From: a virus
Taxonomy: Duplodnaviria; Heunggongvirae; Uroviricota; Caudoviricetes
DNA length: 64,000 nt
IMG/VR virus record: IMGVR_UViG_3300028048_000076
Strand: one strand, 5' to 3'
In this document: in pieces, positions 18,157 through 27,721 of the stretch
How the letters are laid out: each line of letters starts with the position of its first letter
How positions within the stretch are numbered: position 1 is the stretch's first letter
Program-made: the position numbers and the translations under genes
Notes under the pieces: model-generated
The model's database searches: none
What the model saw: the letters and a program-made list of their open reading frames with translations, nothing else
What the model was told of the DNA's origin: nothing

Positions 18157-18645
18157 GGTAGAGTAATCGCTTAATGCCCCTGCAAAGTGTGGAAATTGCT
18201 GGAAAGTCCTAAAGTTTGCTATGCTACAACGTATTTTTAAACAGAATAGCGTGAATGCTTAAAAAATAGCAAAATGAGTCATTATGCTCTTAACGGAAAC
18301 CACATAATGATGATGAAATGGATAATCAGCCGCTAAAACCTCGTCAATGTAAAAATTGAAGGGGGATGTTCAACGAGTAAGTAGGGAACACACCCTCGCT
18401 CACACTAGCTTAAATGTATTCAAACACTTGGCGTTAAAGTGGCATTTGAGTGAAAGATATGCTCTAATCTTTATGGAAACATAAAGAAAAGGAGGAATGT
18501 GTTAAATCCTCCTTGGTTATAAATTGTTTTGTTTTGTTAAATTGTTATATTGTTTTGTTTTAAAATATTTTTTAGATTTTTTGTTGACAACTCCTTAACT
18601 TCATTATATAATATATTATATAACAAAACAAACAAAATATAACTG
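18157..18645 (+). other. group I intron 2 in the dnaE C-fragment (~490 nt, no ORF)
   Basis: Required to join ...NVELVG to LVKLDILKLSNMEAL..., which aligns without a gap to E. coli DVEYAGLVKFDFLGLRTL. The 5' end (taatgcccctgca...tcctaaag...aaacag) resembles intron 1. Boundaries are approximate. Confidence 0.55.
18584..18612 (+). promoter_or_regulatory. perfect sigma70 consensus promoter inside intron 2
   Basis: TTGACA (18584..18589), 17-nt spacer, TATAAT (18607..18612). It is flanked by the inverted repeats ttgttttgtttt (18551..) and aacaaaacaaacaa (18622..). Confidence 0.5.
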
Positions 18646-20469
18646 CTGGTTAAGTTAGATATTCTTAAACTCTCTAATATGGAAGCACTTTATGAGCAAA
18701 TTGATTTGCTTGAAAGTGAATACGGAATTAAAATGACATTGCAAGACATTCCTCTTGATGATAAAAACGCATGGGATTTAATTTGCAAATGTGATACAAT
18801 GGGTGTCTTTCAGATGGAAGGTGACATTGGTAAAAATATCATTAGACAGATTAAACCACGCAATATAGAAGAATTGTCAGCAGTAAACGCATTTGTGCGA
18901 CCAGGTACTTCAGGTCTTGAAAATTATTGTGCAGCTAAAGAAGACCATTCTTTAATTCCGAAGTATGACCCAAAAATTGATAAATGGTTAGCACCTACTT
19001 ATGGAGCAATCGTTTATCAGGAAGAAATTCTTGGTATGATTTCGGAAATGATGGGCGTATCTTTTGGTCGTGCAGATATTTATCGTAGAGCATTGGAAAA
19101 ACCAAACAAGAAGGGTAACAAGGAATTATTTGAAGACTTCTTGAACAATGGCGTTGCTAATGCTGTAAAAAATGGCATTAATGAAGATGGAGCAAAGCGA
19201 ATTCAAAAGGCGATAATTGATAATGCAGGCTACCTCTTTAATAAGAGTCATTCGATTGCCTACTCAATTATCAGTTATTGGTGTGCGTGGGTAAAGGCAA
19301 ATTATCCACTAATTTTCTATCTTTCTTTGATTAATACTGAGCCTGTTTCTAAACTTCAGAACTGTATTACAGAAGCAAGAAAACATGGTATTACAATTTT
19401 ACCGCCTGATATTTCTAAGTCTAAATTCAAAACAACAATCGAAGATAAAGATGCAATGACTATTCGTATGGGCTTACATTGTATTAAAGGTGTTGGCGAT
19501 AAAGCTGTTGATGAATTGATGGCGGCACAGCCATTTACTGACATTGAAGATTATTTGAATCGCGCAGGTAAAGGTGCAGGTAAGGGCGTTGTGATGGCTG
19601 CTATCAAAATTGGTGCTTTGGAAAATCTTCCTTTAAAAATCAACAAAGATTTCATTAAAGAGGAAGATGAAAAACGGTTCAAAGACATTAAAAAAGCCAT
19701 AGAGATGGAGGATTATGTACCATCTGCTGATTTTAGAGAAATGGTTGATGAAGTTACAAATGTAGAATTTGTATATATGAATCGTTTACAACAGGAAATT
19801 TGGTATAACACATATTTGGAAAACAAAACATTAAAATCTGTTAAAAATTATGCGTTGCCACAAGATATTATCCGTGGTCAATATTTAGATAATATTGATA
19901 TGGATGAAGTAACAGTGGAAAAAGACGATACCATTGTTATTCCTGCTGATATGCTTCAGTTGGTTGGCTATACAGAAGAAGATGTTGAGAAATTTAAATC
20001 TCGTAAAAAGCCTAAAGGATTTTTCTTGAAAGAAAATGAATTGAAAAAGCTCACCCCTGTTGAACGTGGATTCAAGGTCGCTTATGATAATTTGGTTCGT
20101 GTTAAGTACAGTGAATTAAATTGTTATCTTGAAGATATGAAAAACTTTGAGATTTCATTTATTCAACATCCTTTAGAAAACATTGCAAATATTATTTGTA
20201 AGATTGCTGAATGTTCTGATGGTAAGAGGGTTCGCAGTGCAGGTATTATTACCAATATTGTCAAAAGACAAACAAAAACAGGCAAACCTTTCTATAATAT
20301 TTTCTTACAAACGCCATCTGAGAACCAAAGGTTGACAGTATGGAACAATATTTTTGTGGAAAATCAAAGCATTCTTACTGTAAATCACATTATTAAAATC
20401 ACAGGAAAAGTGGGATTCGGTGGTATTACAGTAGATACTATTGAAGACGCAAAAGCTAACTACAAATAA
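18646..20469 (+). CDS. dnaE: DnaE C-fragment exon 3 (fingers/thumb, GVFQ and RPG motifs, FNKSHS motif, OB fold)
   Basis: Contains GVFQMEG, NAFVRPGTSG and AGYLFNKSHSIAYS (the intact equivalent of the cyanobacterial split site). The ORF-track 18679..20469 is this exon starting from an internal Met. Confidence 0.8.
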   Translation: MVKLDILKLSNMEALYEQIDLLESEYGIKMTLQDIPLDDKNAWDLICKCDTMGVFQMEGDIGKNIIRQIKPRNIEELSAVNAFVRPGTSGLENYCAAKEDHSLIPKYDPKIDKWLAPTYGAIVYQEEILGMISEMMGVSFGRADIYRRALEKPNKKGNKELFEDFLNNGVANAVKNGINEDGAKRIQKAIIDNAGYLFNKSHSIAYSIISYWCAWVKANYPLIFYLSLINTEPVSKLQNCITEARKHGITILPPDISKSKFKTTIEDKDAMTIRMGLHCIKGVGDKAVDELMAAQPFTDIEDYLNRAGKGAGKGVVMAAIKIGALENLPLKINKDFIKEEDEKRFKDIKKAIEMEDYVPSADFREMVDEVTNVEFVYMNRLQQEIWYNTYLENKTLKSVKNYALPQDIIRGQYLDNIDMDEVTVEKDDTIVIPADMLQLVGYTEEDVEKFKSRKKPKGFFLKENELKKLTPVERGFKVAYDNLVRVKYSELNCYLEDMKNFEISFIQHPLENIANIICKIAECSDGKRVRSAGIITNIVKRQTKTGKPFYNIFLQTPSENQRLTVWNNIFVENQSILTVNHIIKITGKVGFGGITVDTIEDAKANYK

Positions 20470-20471
20470 AA

Positions 20472-20505
20472 AAAAGGGAAGTCTAAAAAGACTTCCCTTT
20501 TTTTA
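20472..20505 (+). terminator. rho-independent terminator after dnaE
   Basis: Inverted repeat aagggaagtc/gacttccctt followed by a T-run. Confidence 0.7.
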
Positions 20506-20604
20506 TGCACAAGTAATAGCAAATACAAAAAATTGTTGTAAATATTGAGTATATGAAATAAGAAAATTTAATAACTCATATAAACAATGATTTGAGGTGA
20601 GAAT

Positions 20605-23586
20605 ATGAACAAACCTATTAAAGGTGACGCATTTCGCCGTGGGCAGTATGCACAGGTGATGTTTCAGGCGCAAGCTTCTGCTGTTCCTGATATGCGTATC
20701 AATATTAATGAAGGTTCATTTTGGGTAAACAATAATACCCTCGTAGAGTACGGTGGTGGTCAATCTCCTGTTATTGAAGCTCCATCTACAGGTGCAAAAT
20801 GGGTACTTGTTGCAATTAACAAACTTGGTAAAGTTATTCTTTACAACGGCGTTCCTGTTGCCAACAATCCTGAAGCTCCAAAGGTTGACAAAAATGTTCT
20901 TCCAATTGCTTTTGTTTATGTAAAATCTTCTTCTACTGTTATTACAAATGACATGATTTATGATGCTCGTCCTTTGTATGCAGCAGGTGGTTATCCTGAA
21001 GAACATAATATGCTTGCAGGTCGTGATGCTGAAAACAGTCATCCAATGCAGGCTATTACAGGTTTGAAAGAAGCTCTTGAAGATAAACTTTCTTTGAATG
21101 ATGCACAGGAAGAATTTAATCGTAAAGCTGATGTTGATGGTACAAATTCTGCAACATTCATGCTTAATAAAGACGATTCAGGTACACCTGTTGAATATTG
21201 TGGCATTGAAGTAAACCGTGGCGCACAGCCAAAAGTAGGACTTCGCTTTAATGAAGATGAAGACCAATGGCAGTATACAAACGATGGTACTAATTGGCAT
21301 CCAATCGGTAATGACGTTGATTTGAATGACCTTGCTAATTATTATGATGCAGGTATTACTCAGCTTTCTTGTCAGCCTGAAGACCCAAAACATCCAATTG
21401 CTGTTGGTGATAATGACCCTCGTTTGAAGGAAATTGAAAAGAAATTGGGCAAAGCTGAAGCAGACCTTCGCTATGTTACCAAATCTGATTTGGCAGACGA
21501 ATTAGCTAAGAAAATTGATGCTGATAAAGTTTTCGTAAAAGAAGATGCAGAAGAAATTTTCTTAACAAAAGCTGAGTTCCGTACTTCAGGTGGTTATACA
21601 AAAGACCAACTCAATGAGTTCTTCAATGCAAAAGCAAATGCTTCTGCTGTATATACTCGTAAGGAAGTTGAGGATAAACTTGCTCTTGTTTATACAAAAG
21701 ATGAAGTTGATAAATTACTTGCTGATTTCAAACCTTCCGCAGGTTCAGGCGGTAGTTGCTCAGTTGATTTTTCAAAATATGTAACTACTGAACAGGTTGC
21801 TGAAATTGTTAAAAATCTTGAAAGCAAGATGACTTCTTCTGATGTTTTAACTGTTAAATTTGACAATATTAAGGCTTCCATTTCTGCATTGCAGGATTTG
21901 GTTGCAACAAAAGCTGACAAATCTGACGTTTATACAAAAGCTGAAGTAGACGCTAAAATTTCTGCCGTAGGTACAGGTAGTGGTTCAGGTTCAGCTCCTG
22001 CTGTTGATATGACCAACTATTACACCAAAGCAGATATTAATTTGCTCAATTCTGATAAAGCCGATGTAAATCATGGTCATACTGCTAATCAGATTTCTCA
22101 GGATTCTACTCACCGTATGGTAACAGATGACCAAATTACTGCTTGGAACAACAAAGCTGAAAAACTTGGTTATACTGCTGAAGACGTAGCAAAGAAAGGC
22201 GTAGCAGGTGGTTATGCTCCTATTGGTGATGACGGTAAAGTTCCTTCTGAATTCTTGCCAACTATGCCATCAGGTGTAGGTTCTGAGGGTATTGTTGTTG
22301 TAAACACCTATGGTCAGTTGCTTAATATTACTGAGCCAAATCCAAAATGTTTCTATTTCGTTGTAGATGCTAGTGATGATGCAACTGTAGAAAAAGGATG
22401 GGGTGAATATATTAACAATAATGGCGTTTGGATTAAAACAGGCGAACGTGAATCCCTTGATATTGAATTAGATTACAACGAATTAAAAAATAAACCACAG
22501 TATTTCCCTGTAGACCCTGCTGTATTAACACCATTCGGTAAGGTTGGTACAAACGGTAACGTTTATACAAAGACTGAAACTGATAATTTGCTTCAGAATA
22601 AAGCTGATGCAAATCACAACCATGATGGTGACTATGTAACTCCAAGCGGATTAAATGCTAAACTTGCAGATTATGCTCGTACAGATAGTCCTTTAATTCA
22701 TGATAAATCTCAGTTGGGTAGTTATATTGTATCTGAAACAGGTATTGCTGATGGCTCTGTATTAACATTCAATGCTGAACAGAATCGTCTTGAATATCGT
22801 GCTGTTAGCGCAGGTGGCGGTACTGTTGTTTCAGGTGATGACTTCAAGCTTGGTAATTATCGTGTAAACGAACCAACATCTTTGGAAGATGGAATGGTAC
22901 TTACTTATGAAGATAATGCAGGTACAGGTCGTTTGACATATAAGAAATTTACTTCAGGTGCAGCTAATAAAATTGGTAGTCTTGATGTAGATGAAAGCGA
23001 TGTTGCTGAAGGTTCAATGCTTGTTGTTAAAAACAGCAAACTTGTATATCAGGCAACTCCTGTAGTTCCACAGAACTTACTTGACATTGATAATTCCAAT
23101 ATTGGCACAGGTCGTGTACTTGCTTTGCAGGCTAATGGCAAACTTGGTTACGTTGATATGGCAAGTGGTAGTAATTCAGGCACAGGTTCAGCAGGCGGTC
23201 AGAAAGTTTACGAACTCGCAAGTTCTGATGGTGTCATTAAAGGTACTTTCCGTGCTGATAATGCAAATGCTGTTAAACTTGAATACAGCGGTGATGAATA
23301 TACATTAACCCTTGATGATGACGCAAATATTACTATGATTCAGTTTGTAACTCAGAATATGATTCAGAAAGTTTTGAGAATTCATACTCGTTTCAAGAGT
23401 GGTAAACGTTGGGATTGGGACACCGATTATCATAATCTTCCACTCCCATTGATTGCTTATATTCAGGTTAATGGTAATCAGCAGCAGAAAACAACAAGCG
23501 GTTCTTACGAAGTTGTTGAAGCTGATGATTTCAAGATTACAGCCTTGAATGTAGGTTATCCTGTATTTGTTAAGATGTTGTACTAA
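20605..23586 (+). CDS. tail fibre protein
   Basis: 993 aa. Repeated coiled KADKSDVYTKAEVD-type segments. HxH motifs NHGHTANQIS and NHNHDGDYV typical of fibre proteins. Higher GC. Confidence 0.65.
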   Translation: MNKPIKGDAFRRGQYAQVMFQAQASAVPDMRININEGSFWVNNNTLVEYGGGQSPVIEAPSTGAKWVLVAINKLGKVILYNGVPVANNPEAPKVDKNVLPIAFVYVKSSSTVITNDMIYDARPLYAAGGYPEEHNMLAGRDAENSHPMQAITGLKEALEDKLSLNDAQEEFNRKADVDGTNSATFMLNKDDSGTPVEYCGIEVNRGAQPKVGLRFNEDEDQWQYTNDGTNWHPIGNDVDLNDLANYYDAGITQLSCQPEDPKHPIAVGDNDPRLKEIEKKLGKAEADLRYVTKSDLADELAKKIDADKVFVKEDAEEIFLTKAEFRTSGGYTKDQLNEFFNAKANASAVYTRKEVEDKLALVYTKDEVDKLLADFKPSAGSGGSCSVDFSKYVTTEQVAEIVKNLESKMTSSDVLTVKFDNIKASISALQDLVATKADKSDVYTKAEVDAKISAVGTGSGSGSAPAVDMTNYYTKADINLLNSDKADVNHGHTANQISQDSTHRMVTDDQITAWNNKAEKLGYTAEDVAKKGVAGGYAPIGDDGKVPSEFLPTMPSGVGSEGIVVVNTYGQLLNITEPNPKCFYFVVDASDDATVEKGWGEYINNNGVWIKTGERESLDIELDYNELKNKPQYFPVDPAVLTPFGKVGTNGNVYTKTETDNLLQNKADANHNHDGDYVTPSGLNAKLADYARTDSPLIHDKSQLGSYIVSETGIADGSVLTFNAEQNRLEYRAVSAGGGTVVSGDDFKLGNYRVNEPTSLEDGMVLTYEDNAGTGRLTYKKFTSGAANKIGSLDVDESDVAEGSMLVVKNSKLVYQATPVVPQNLLDIDNSNIGTGRVLALQANGKLGYVDMASGSNSGTGSAGGQKVYELASSDGVIKGTFRADNANAVKLEYSGDEYTLTLDDDANITMIQFVTQNMIQKVLRIHTRFKSGKRWDWDTDYHNLPLPLIAYIQVNGNQQQKTTSGSYEVVEADDFKITALNVGYPVFVKMLY

Positions 23587-23592
23587 TGAGGT

Positions 23593-25875
23593 GTGAGCAT
23601 GAAACTATTTAATGGTGTTATTACAATAGTTTCAACTCCTGAAGAAGTCGCAGGTGCGGCTTCTTCTTGGAGTTTTGAAGCTAAATTTCAGAGCAGTGAC
23701 GGATTCCTCGCTGCAGATGCAAAAAAAGGCGATATGGTCTTCTTGAAAGGCTATAATAATGATACTGATGAAAGTCAGTTCTGTAGTTATATTGTTGAAT
23801 CTGTTTCTCCTGTTGGGTCAGGTAGATTGCAGTTAACAGTTAAATATAATGAACCTGATAATGATGCAGTATTTGCACCTTCTGATAATGACGAAAATGT
23901 ACTTGGTTTGATTTCAAGAAAAACATCAGCAGTTGGACATGCGTTTTTGCCAACAGCAGCAGACGGTGTTGAAGAAGCTACTCTTGAAAAAGCTCGTAAC
24001 GTTGATTTAAAAACTCGTGATGAACTTTTAAATGCACACATTGCCGAAATGGTTAAAAATGTTGATGCAGGTTCAGGCAATGGTGGTTCTGCAACTGATG
24101 ATTCTAAATTGCCAATTGCAGGTGGTACAATTACAGGTGATTTGACTGTTAATAATAAAACCACTTTGAATGAAGTAGCTGTTGAAGCACAAGACGTAAA
24201 AATTGCTCTTGATGGACAAGGCGTTGATGTTGCCATTTCCTCAAATACTGTGGTTGATAAGAAAACTGTTTCTTCTCCAAATACAATTAATGCTACAGTA
24301 TCTCGTGTTTCTGAAGATTCAGCTAATTTAACTGATTCTTTAAGCGGTGCAAGTGCTCAGAGACAGGAAATTACTCGTGCAACAAACGCAGTTACTTCTA
24401 CTGAGGAAGTTACTTCTAATGATGCAAGTGCGAAAAAAATTGTCAATGTAACAGGTGCAATCACCAATATTCAGCTTAACTCTATGGGTTCAACTTCTTC
24501 TTCTGTTGAAGTTTCTGCTAGTGGAGATGCAGGTCATATTGATTTAAATGCAAATAAAATTAATGTTGCAGGTAATCTAAATATTACAGGTGGCGAAACT
24601 GTTTCAGGTGATGTTACTGCTCCAAAATTCTTCAGCACAACAGATGATACAGAAGTTGCTGATAATCAGGTCATTACAAAAAGTAATATGACTAATTACG
24701 TTACAACCTTTGTTGAAGGAAAATTAGCAAACTATTCAACAGGCGGTGTAACTCAGGCTGATGTAGAAACATTGCTTGGTCTTTACCTCAAACAGAGTGA
24801 CTTTGAATTGAGATTGCAGAATGCAATGGCACAGATTGAGCCTTCAAATATTCTTCAGAATTCAACACATCACTTTGTAACAGATGAACAGATTGCAACT
24901 TGGAATGCTAAACAAGAGCCAATTGATGTAAATGCATTCCAAAAGATTAGTGATAAAGGTCAGCCTGCTGGGTATGTTCCTTTGGATGGCAGAGGAAAAA
25001 TTGATGAAAAATATCTTGATTTGTCAGCATTTACAACTGCTTCTAAAGCAATTAACTTGTATACTGAATCAGAATTCCAAGCATCATTGGCAAAAAACAG
25101 TGTAAAAGGTTCTCTTGTTATCACTATTCCTGATTCACTTATATCAAATGGTACAGATTCAGTTACTAAAGTTGACGGATGGGAATTGTGGCGTATTAGT
25201 GTTGCAGAACAGTCTGATATTGATGCAGGTCGTGCAACAACAATTGGTCAGCAGATTGCATTCCCTATGGGTACATACAAAACCTCAATGAAAATTGCTG
25301 ATTGGTCAGGCATTAGCAATATTCCTTCCTCACTTGTTTATAAGAATTCAACAACTAACACAATTAATGAAGGAGATTTACCAACTGTATTTACAGAAAA
25401 TCAGAAATTCGGTGGCGTTGAAGTCGATAAATTTGGTCGTGTAATTGGTGGTTCAGGTCAGAACGTAAGTGGTTCATTGGGATGGTATACTTTGGGCGAA
25501 GATGCTAATGGTAATATTCAGGCACGTTATCATGGTACTCCAGGTATTACAATTTCTATTACATCTACAGGTGCAACAGTAAATGTTCCACAGGGCGGTT
25601 ATTTTGACTACCTCTTGTTCTATGTAGATGAAAAGACCTTCACAAAAACCCAATATAAGATTTGTTATGATAAAAACAACGCATTCACTGTTGGTAATGG
25701 CGAATTGTTTAAATTGTCACCTATGCCATTAGTTCGTCTTTTTGATGATGCTGCAACAGAATTCCGTAATTTCACTTCTATTTTCAACCAAGATGATAAT
25801 GGTGGTAATTTTGTTATGTTGTCAGGAGCAGATATTAAAGCTAATCAGCCACACTATTTCTCGCTTCAGTTTTAA
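23593..25875 (+). CDS. tail fibre-like protein (paralogous segment with the upstream fibre)
   Basis: 760 aa. Shares STHHFVTDEQIATWNAKQE with STHRMVTDDQITAWNNKAE in the preceding gene. Confidence 0.55.
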   Translation: MSMKLFNGVITIVSTPEEVAGAASSWSFEAKFQSSDGFLAADAKKGDMVFLKGYNNDTDESQFCSYIVESVSPVGSGRLQLTVKYNEPDNDAVFAPSDNDENVLGLISRKTSAVGHAFLPTAADGVEEATLEKARNVDLKTRDELLNAHIAEMVKNVDAGSGNGGSATDDSKLPIAGGTITGDLTVNNKTTLNEVAVEAQDVKIALDGQGVDVAISSNTVVDKKTVSSPNTINATVSRVSEDSANLTDSLSGASAQRQEITRATNAVTSTEEVTSNDASAKKIVNVTGAITNIQLNSMGSTSSSVEVSASGDAGHIDLNANKINVAGNLNITGGETVSGDVTAPKFFSTTDDTEVADNQVITKSNMTNYVTTFVEGKLANYSTGGVTQADVETLLGLYLKQSDFELRLQNAMAQIEPSNILQNSTHHFVTDEQIATWNAKQEPIDVNAFQKISDKGQPAGYVPLDGRGKIDEKYLDLSAFTTASKAINLYTESEFQASLAKNSVKGSLVITIPDSLISNGTDSVTKVDGWELWRISVAEQSDIDAGRATTIGQQIAFPMGTYKTSMKIADWSGISNIPSSLVYKNSTTNTINEGDLPTVFTENQKFGGVEVDKFGRVIGGSGQNVSGSLGWYTLGEDANGNIQARYHGTPGITISITSTGATVNVPQGGYFDYLLFYVDEKTFTKTQYKICYDKNNAFTVGNGELFKLSPMPLVRLFDDAATEFRNFTSIFNQDDNGGNFVMLSGADIKANQPHYFSLQF

Positions 25876-25886
25876 TTGAATCGGAG

Positions 25887-26609
25887 GTGATTCTTTTGAA
25901 TTTCTCCATAACAGGTTCTAGTGCTTTTGAACATATTGATGAAAATACAATTTCTTATAGAGGAGTTAAATTTTCTGATAAAGTTGATACAAAAATGTCT
26001 CAAATAGATATTGTTAATAAAATCAATGAATCTACATCCGTAGAAAAAGATTTTATTCTGTTTGGTTTTTGTACAAACAATTCAGGGTTAAATAACTTTG
26101 CGATATATAAGTTGAAATCTATGGTAAAAAAAGGTCGTTCATATAATATGACTTTACAACGTATAAATGAGCATGATGATGACAACAATGAGTTGAATTT
26201 TGATGCAGGGAATTTCATTTGTACGATTGAAGACTATGTTTATGATATTCCTAGTGGTGATTCCATAGGGTCTGTAAATATTTTATCTGCAAAAGCAAGT
26301 GTGTATGCACAAAAACATCAGCCGAAATATTTTGTAGATACAATTCAGACAAAAGACATTATTACGGATGAAAGTGCCACAGAGCAAAATAAAAAACATT
26401 ATTTTGAGTTGAAACATACTCCGATTGTTGATGAAATGACTTATATGGAAGTTAATGGTGTGAACTATTATGAATCCGCAGATGACATTATCATTGATAG
26501 AGAAAATAATCGTATTTATTTTGACACAGAGGAAGATGACTTTACTTTTGAAAATTTAAAGGAATCGGCTGAAACTGTAAGGGTATTTTATAAATATATC
26601 CCTGAATAA
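25887..26609 (+). CDS. hypothetical protein (possible fibre accessory protein)
   Basis: 240-aa ORF directly downstream of the fibre genes. Confidence 0.4.
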   Translation: MILLNFSITGSSAFEHIDENTISYRGVKFSDKVDTKMSQIDIVNKINESTSVEKDFILFGFCTNNSGLNNFAIYKLKSMVKKGRSYNMTLQRINEHDDDNNELNFDAGNFICTIEDYVYDIPSGDSIGSVNILSAKASVYAQKHQPKYFVDTIQTKDIITDESATEQNKKHYFELKHTPIVDEMTYMEVNGVNYYESADDIIIDRENNRIYFDTEEDDFTFENLKESAETVRVFYKYIPE

Positions 26610-26622
26610 TCAGAAAAATGTT

Positions 26623-26654
26623 AAAACCGCCAAACAAATTTGGCGGTTTTTTCT
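26623..26654 (+). terminator. rho-independent terminator
   Basis: Inverted repeat aaccgccaaa/tttggcggtt followed by a T-run. Confidence 0.7.
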
Positions 26655-26676
26655 ATAATATAATTGGTGATTAAAA

Positions 26677-27246
26677 ATGTTAATGGATGGTTTAATTATT
26701 TTAGGTTTAGATATTTCAACTAAGAATACAGGTTGGAGTATTGTAAAGTATTCAGAAGAAAAATCTGAATTATTGGCATATGGTGATGTTCCACGATTCA
26801 AAATGTCTATGGATGAAGTTCTTGTTAATTTCGAAAAGGAAATGTACAAAATTATTGAAGAATGGAATCCTGATGTTATTTCGGCTGAAGCACCTTTTGT
26901 TGGTAGCAATCGTCAGACTATTGAAAAATTGTGCTTCGTACATGGTGTAGCACAATTGATTGCTAAAAAAGAAAAAATTCCTATAACGTATTATTCTGTA
27001 ATGACTTTGAAATCAAAAGTTCTTGGTGGTATTAAAGCCAAGAAAGAAGATGGAACAAAGAAAACAGGCGCAGAAATGAAACAAGAAGTTCAGGATAAAG
27101 TCATTGAAATTTTTGGTGAGGAAAATTTTACCAAAGAATATAATGATGATATTACTGATAGTATTTCTGCAGCGTACACTTATATTGTCATGGATGGACA
27201 ACCTGTAGAAAAGAAGAAAAAAACTCGAAAAAAATCAAAAAAATAA
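26677..27246 (+). CDS. ruvC: RuvC-like Holliday junction resolvase
   Basis: ILGLDISTKNTGWSIV matches the RuvC N-terminal motif. A later acidic motif is DDITDSISAAYTY. Lys-rich C-terminus. Confidence 0.6.
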   Translation: MLMDGLIILGLDISTKNTGWSIVKYSEEKSELLAYGDVPRFKMSMDEVLVNFEKEMYKIIEEWNPDVISAEAPFVGSNRQTIEKLCFVHGVAQLIAKKEKIPITYYSVMTLKSKVLGGIKAKKEDGTKKTGAEMKQEVQDKVIEIFGEENFTKEYNDDITDSISAAYTYIVMDGQPVEKKKKTRKKSKK

Positions 27247-27247
27247 A

Positions 27248-27279
27248 AAAAAGCAGTGAATTTTTCACTGCTTTTTTCG
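27248..27279 (+). terminator. rho-independent terminator
   Basis: Inverted repeat aaagcagtgaa/ttcactgcttt followed by a T-run. Confidence 0.7.
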
Positions 27280-27326
27280 TATACTAATAATATGTTGATT
27301 AAAAGTTAAAATGAAAAGGACTGATT

Positions 27327-27665
27327 TTGATGATGACTTATTCCAATGAAGAAATTTTGGAAATTTCTCTTGAAGACCTCAATAATGATGGTGAAATGTT
27401 GTTTCATCATCAGATGAACGAATTAAATACGGAAATTGAAGGGTTCTGTCGTGGGTGTAAAGATTTTTGTTTTAATGGACAAGATATTTGCGGAGAAAAT
27501 ATTAAATTGTCTATTGAGCATGATTCTCTTGATGATATGAACTTTGTCATTGTTAGTGAACGTGATGGATATGAAATGCCACAAGTAGATTTCATTCCTA
27601 TTGATATAAAGACGAAATTTGAAGTACGTAGACGTAACGACAATAGAATTAATGTTGTAATGTAA
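27327..27665 (+). CDS. hypothetical protein
   Basis: 112-aa ORF. A hairpin terminator follows (27670..27695). Confidence 0.45.
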   Translation: MMMTYSNEEILEISLEDLNNDGEMLFHHQMNELNTEIEGFCRGCKDFCFNGQDICGENIKLSIEHDSLDDMNFVIVSERDGYEMPQVDFIPIDIKTKFEVRRRNDNRINVVM

Positions 27666-27721
27666 TTAATTGGGTGGAGTTATCCACCCCTTTTGTACGG
27701 TTTAAGAAAAGAGGAAAATAT

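Noticed and set aside
17707-18174. ORF-track entries 17707..18174 and 18679..20469 read as independent genes
   Set aside because: Both lack proper starts. In-frame DnaE homology continues upstream of each annotated start (GVTSVNPLDY... and LVKLDILKLSN...). They are exons of the dnaE C-fragment joined by group I introns.
27674-27721. ORF-track start at 27674 for the 637-aa protein
   Set aside because: The start lies inside the terminator hairpin of the upstream gene. ATG 27722 has a proper ribosome-binding site.
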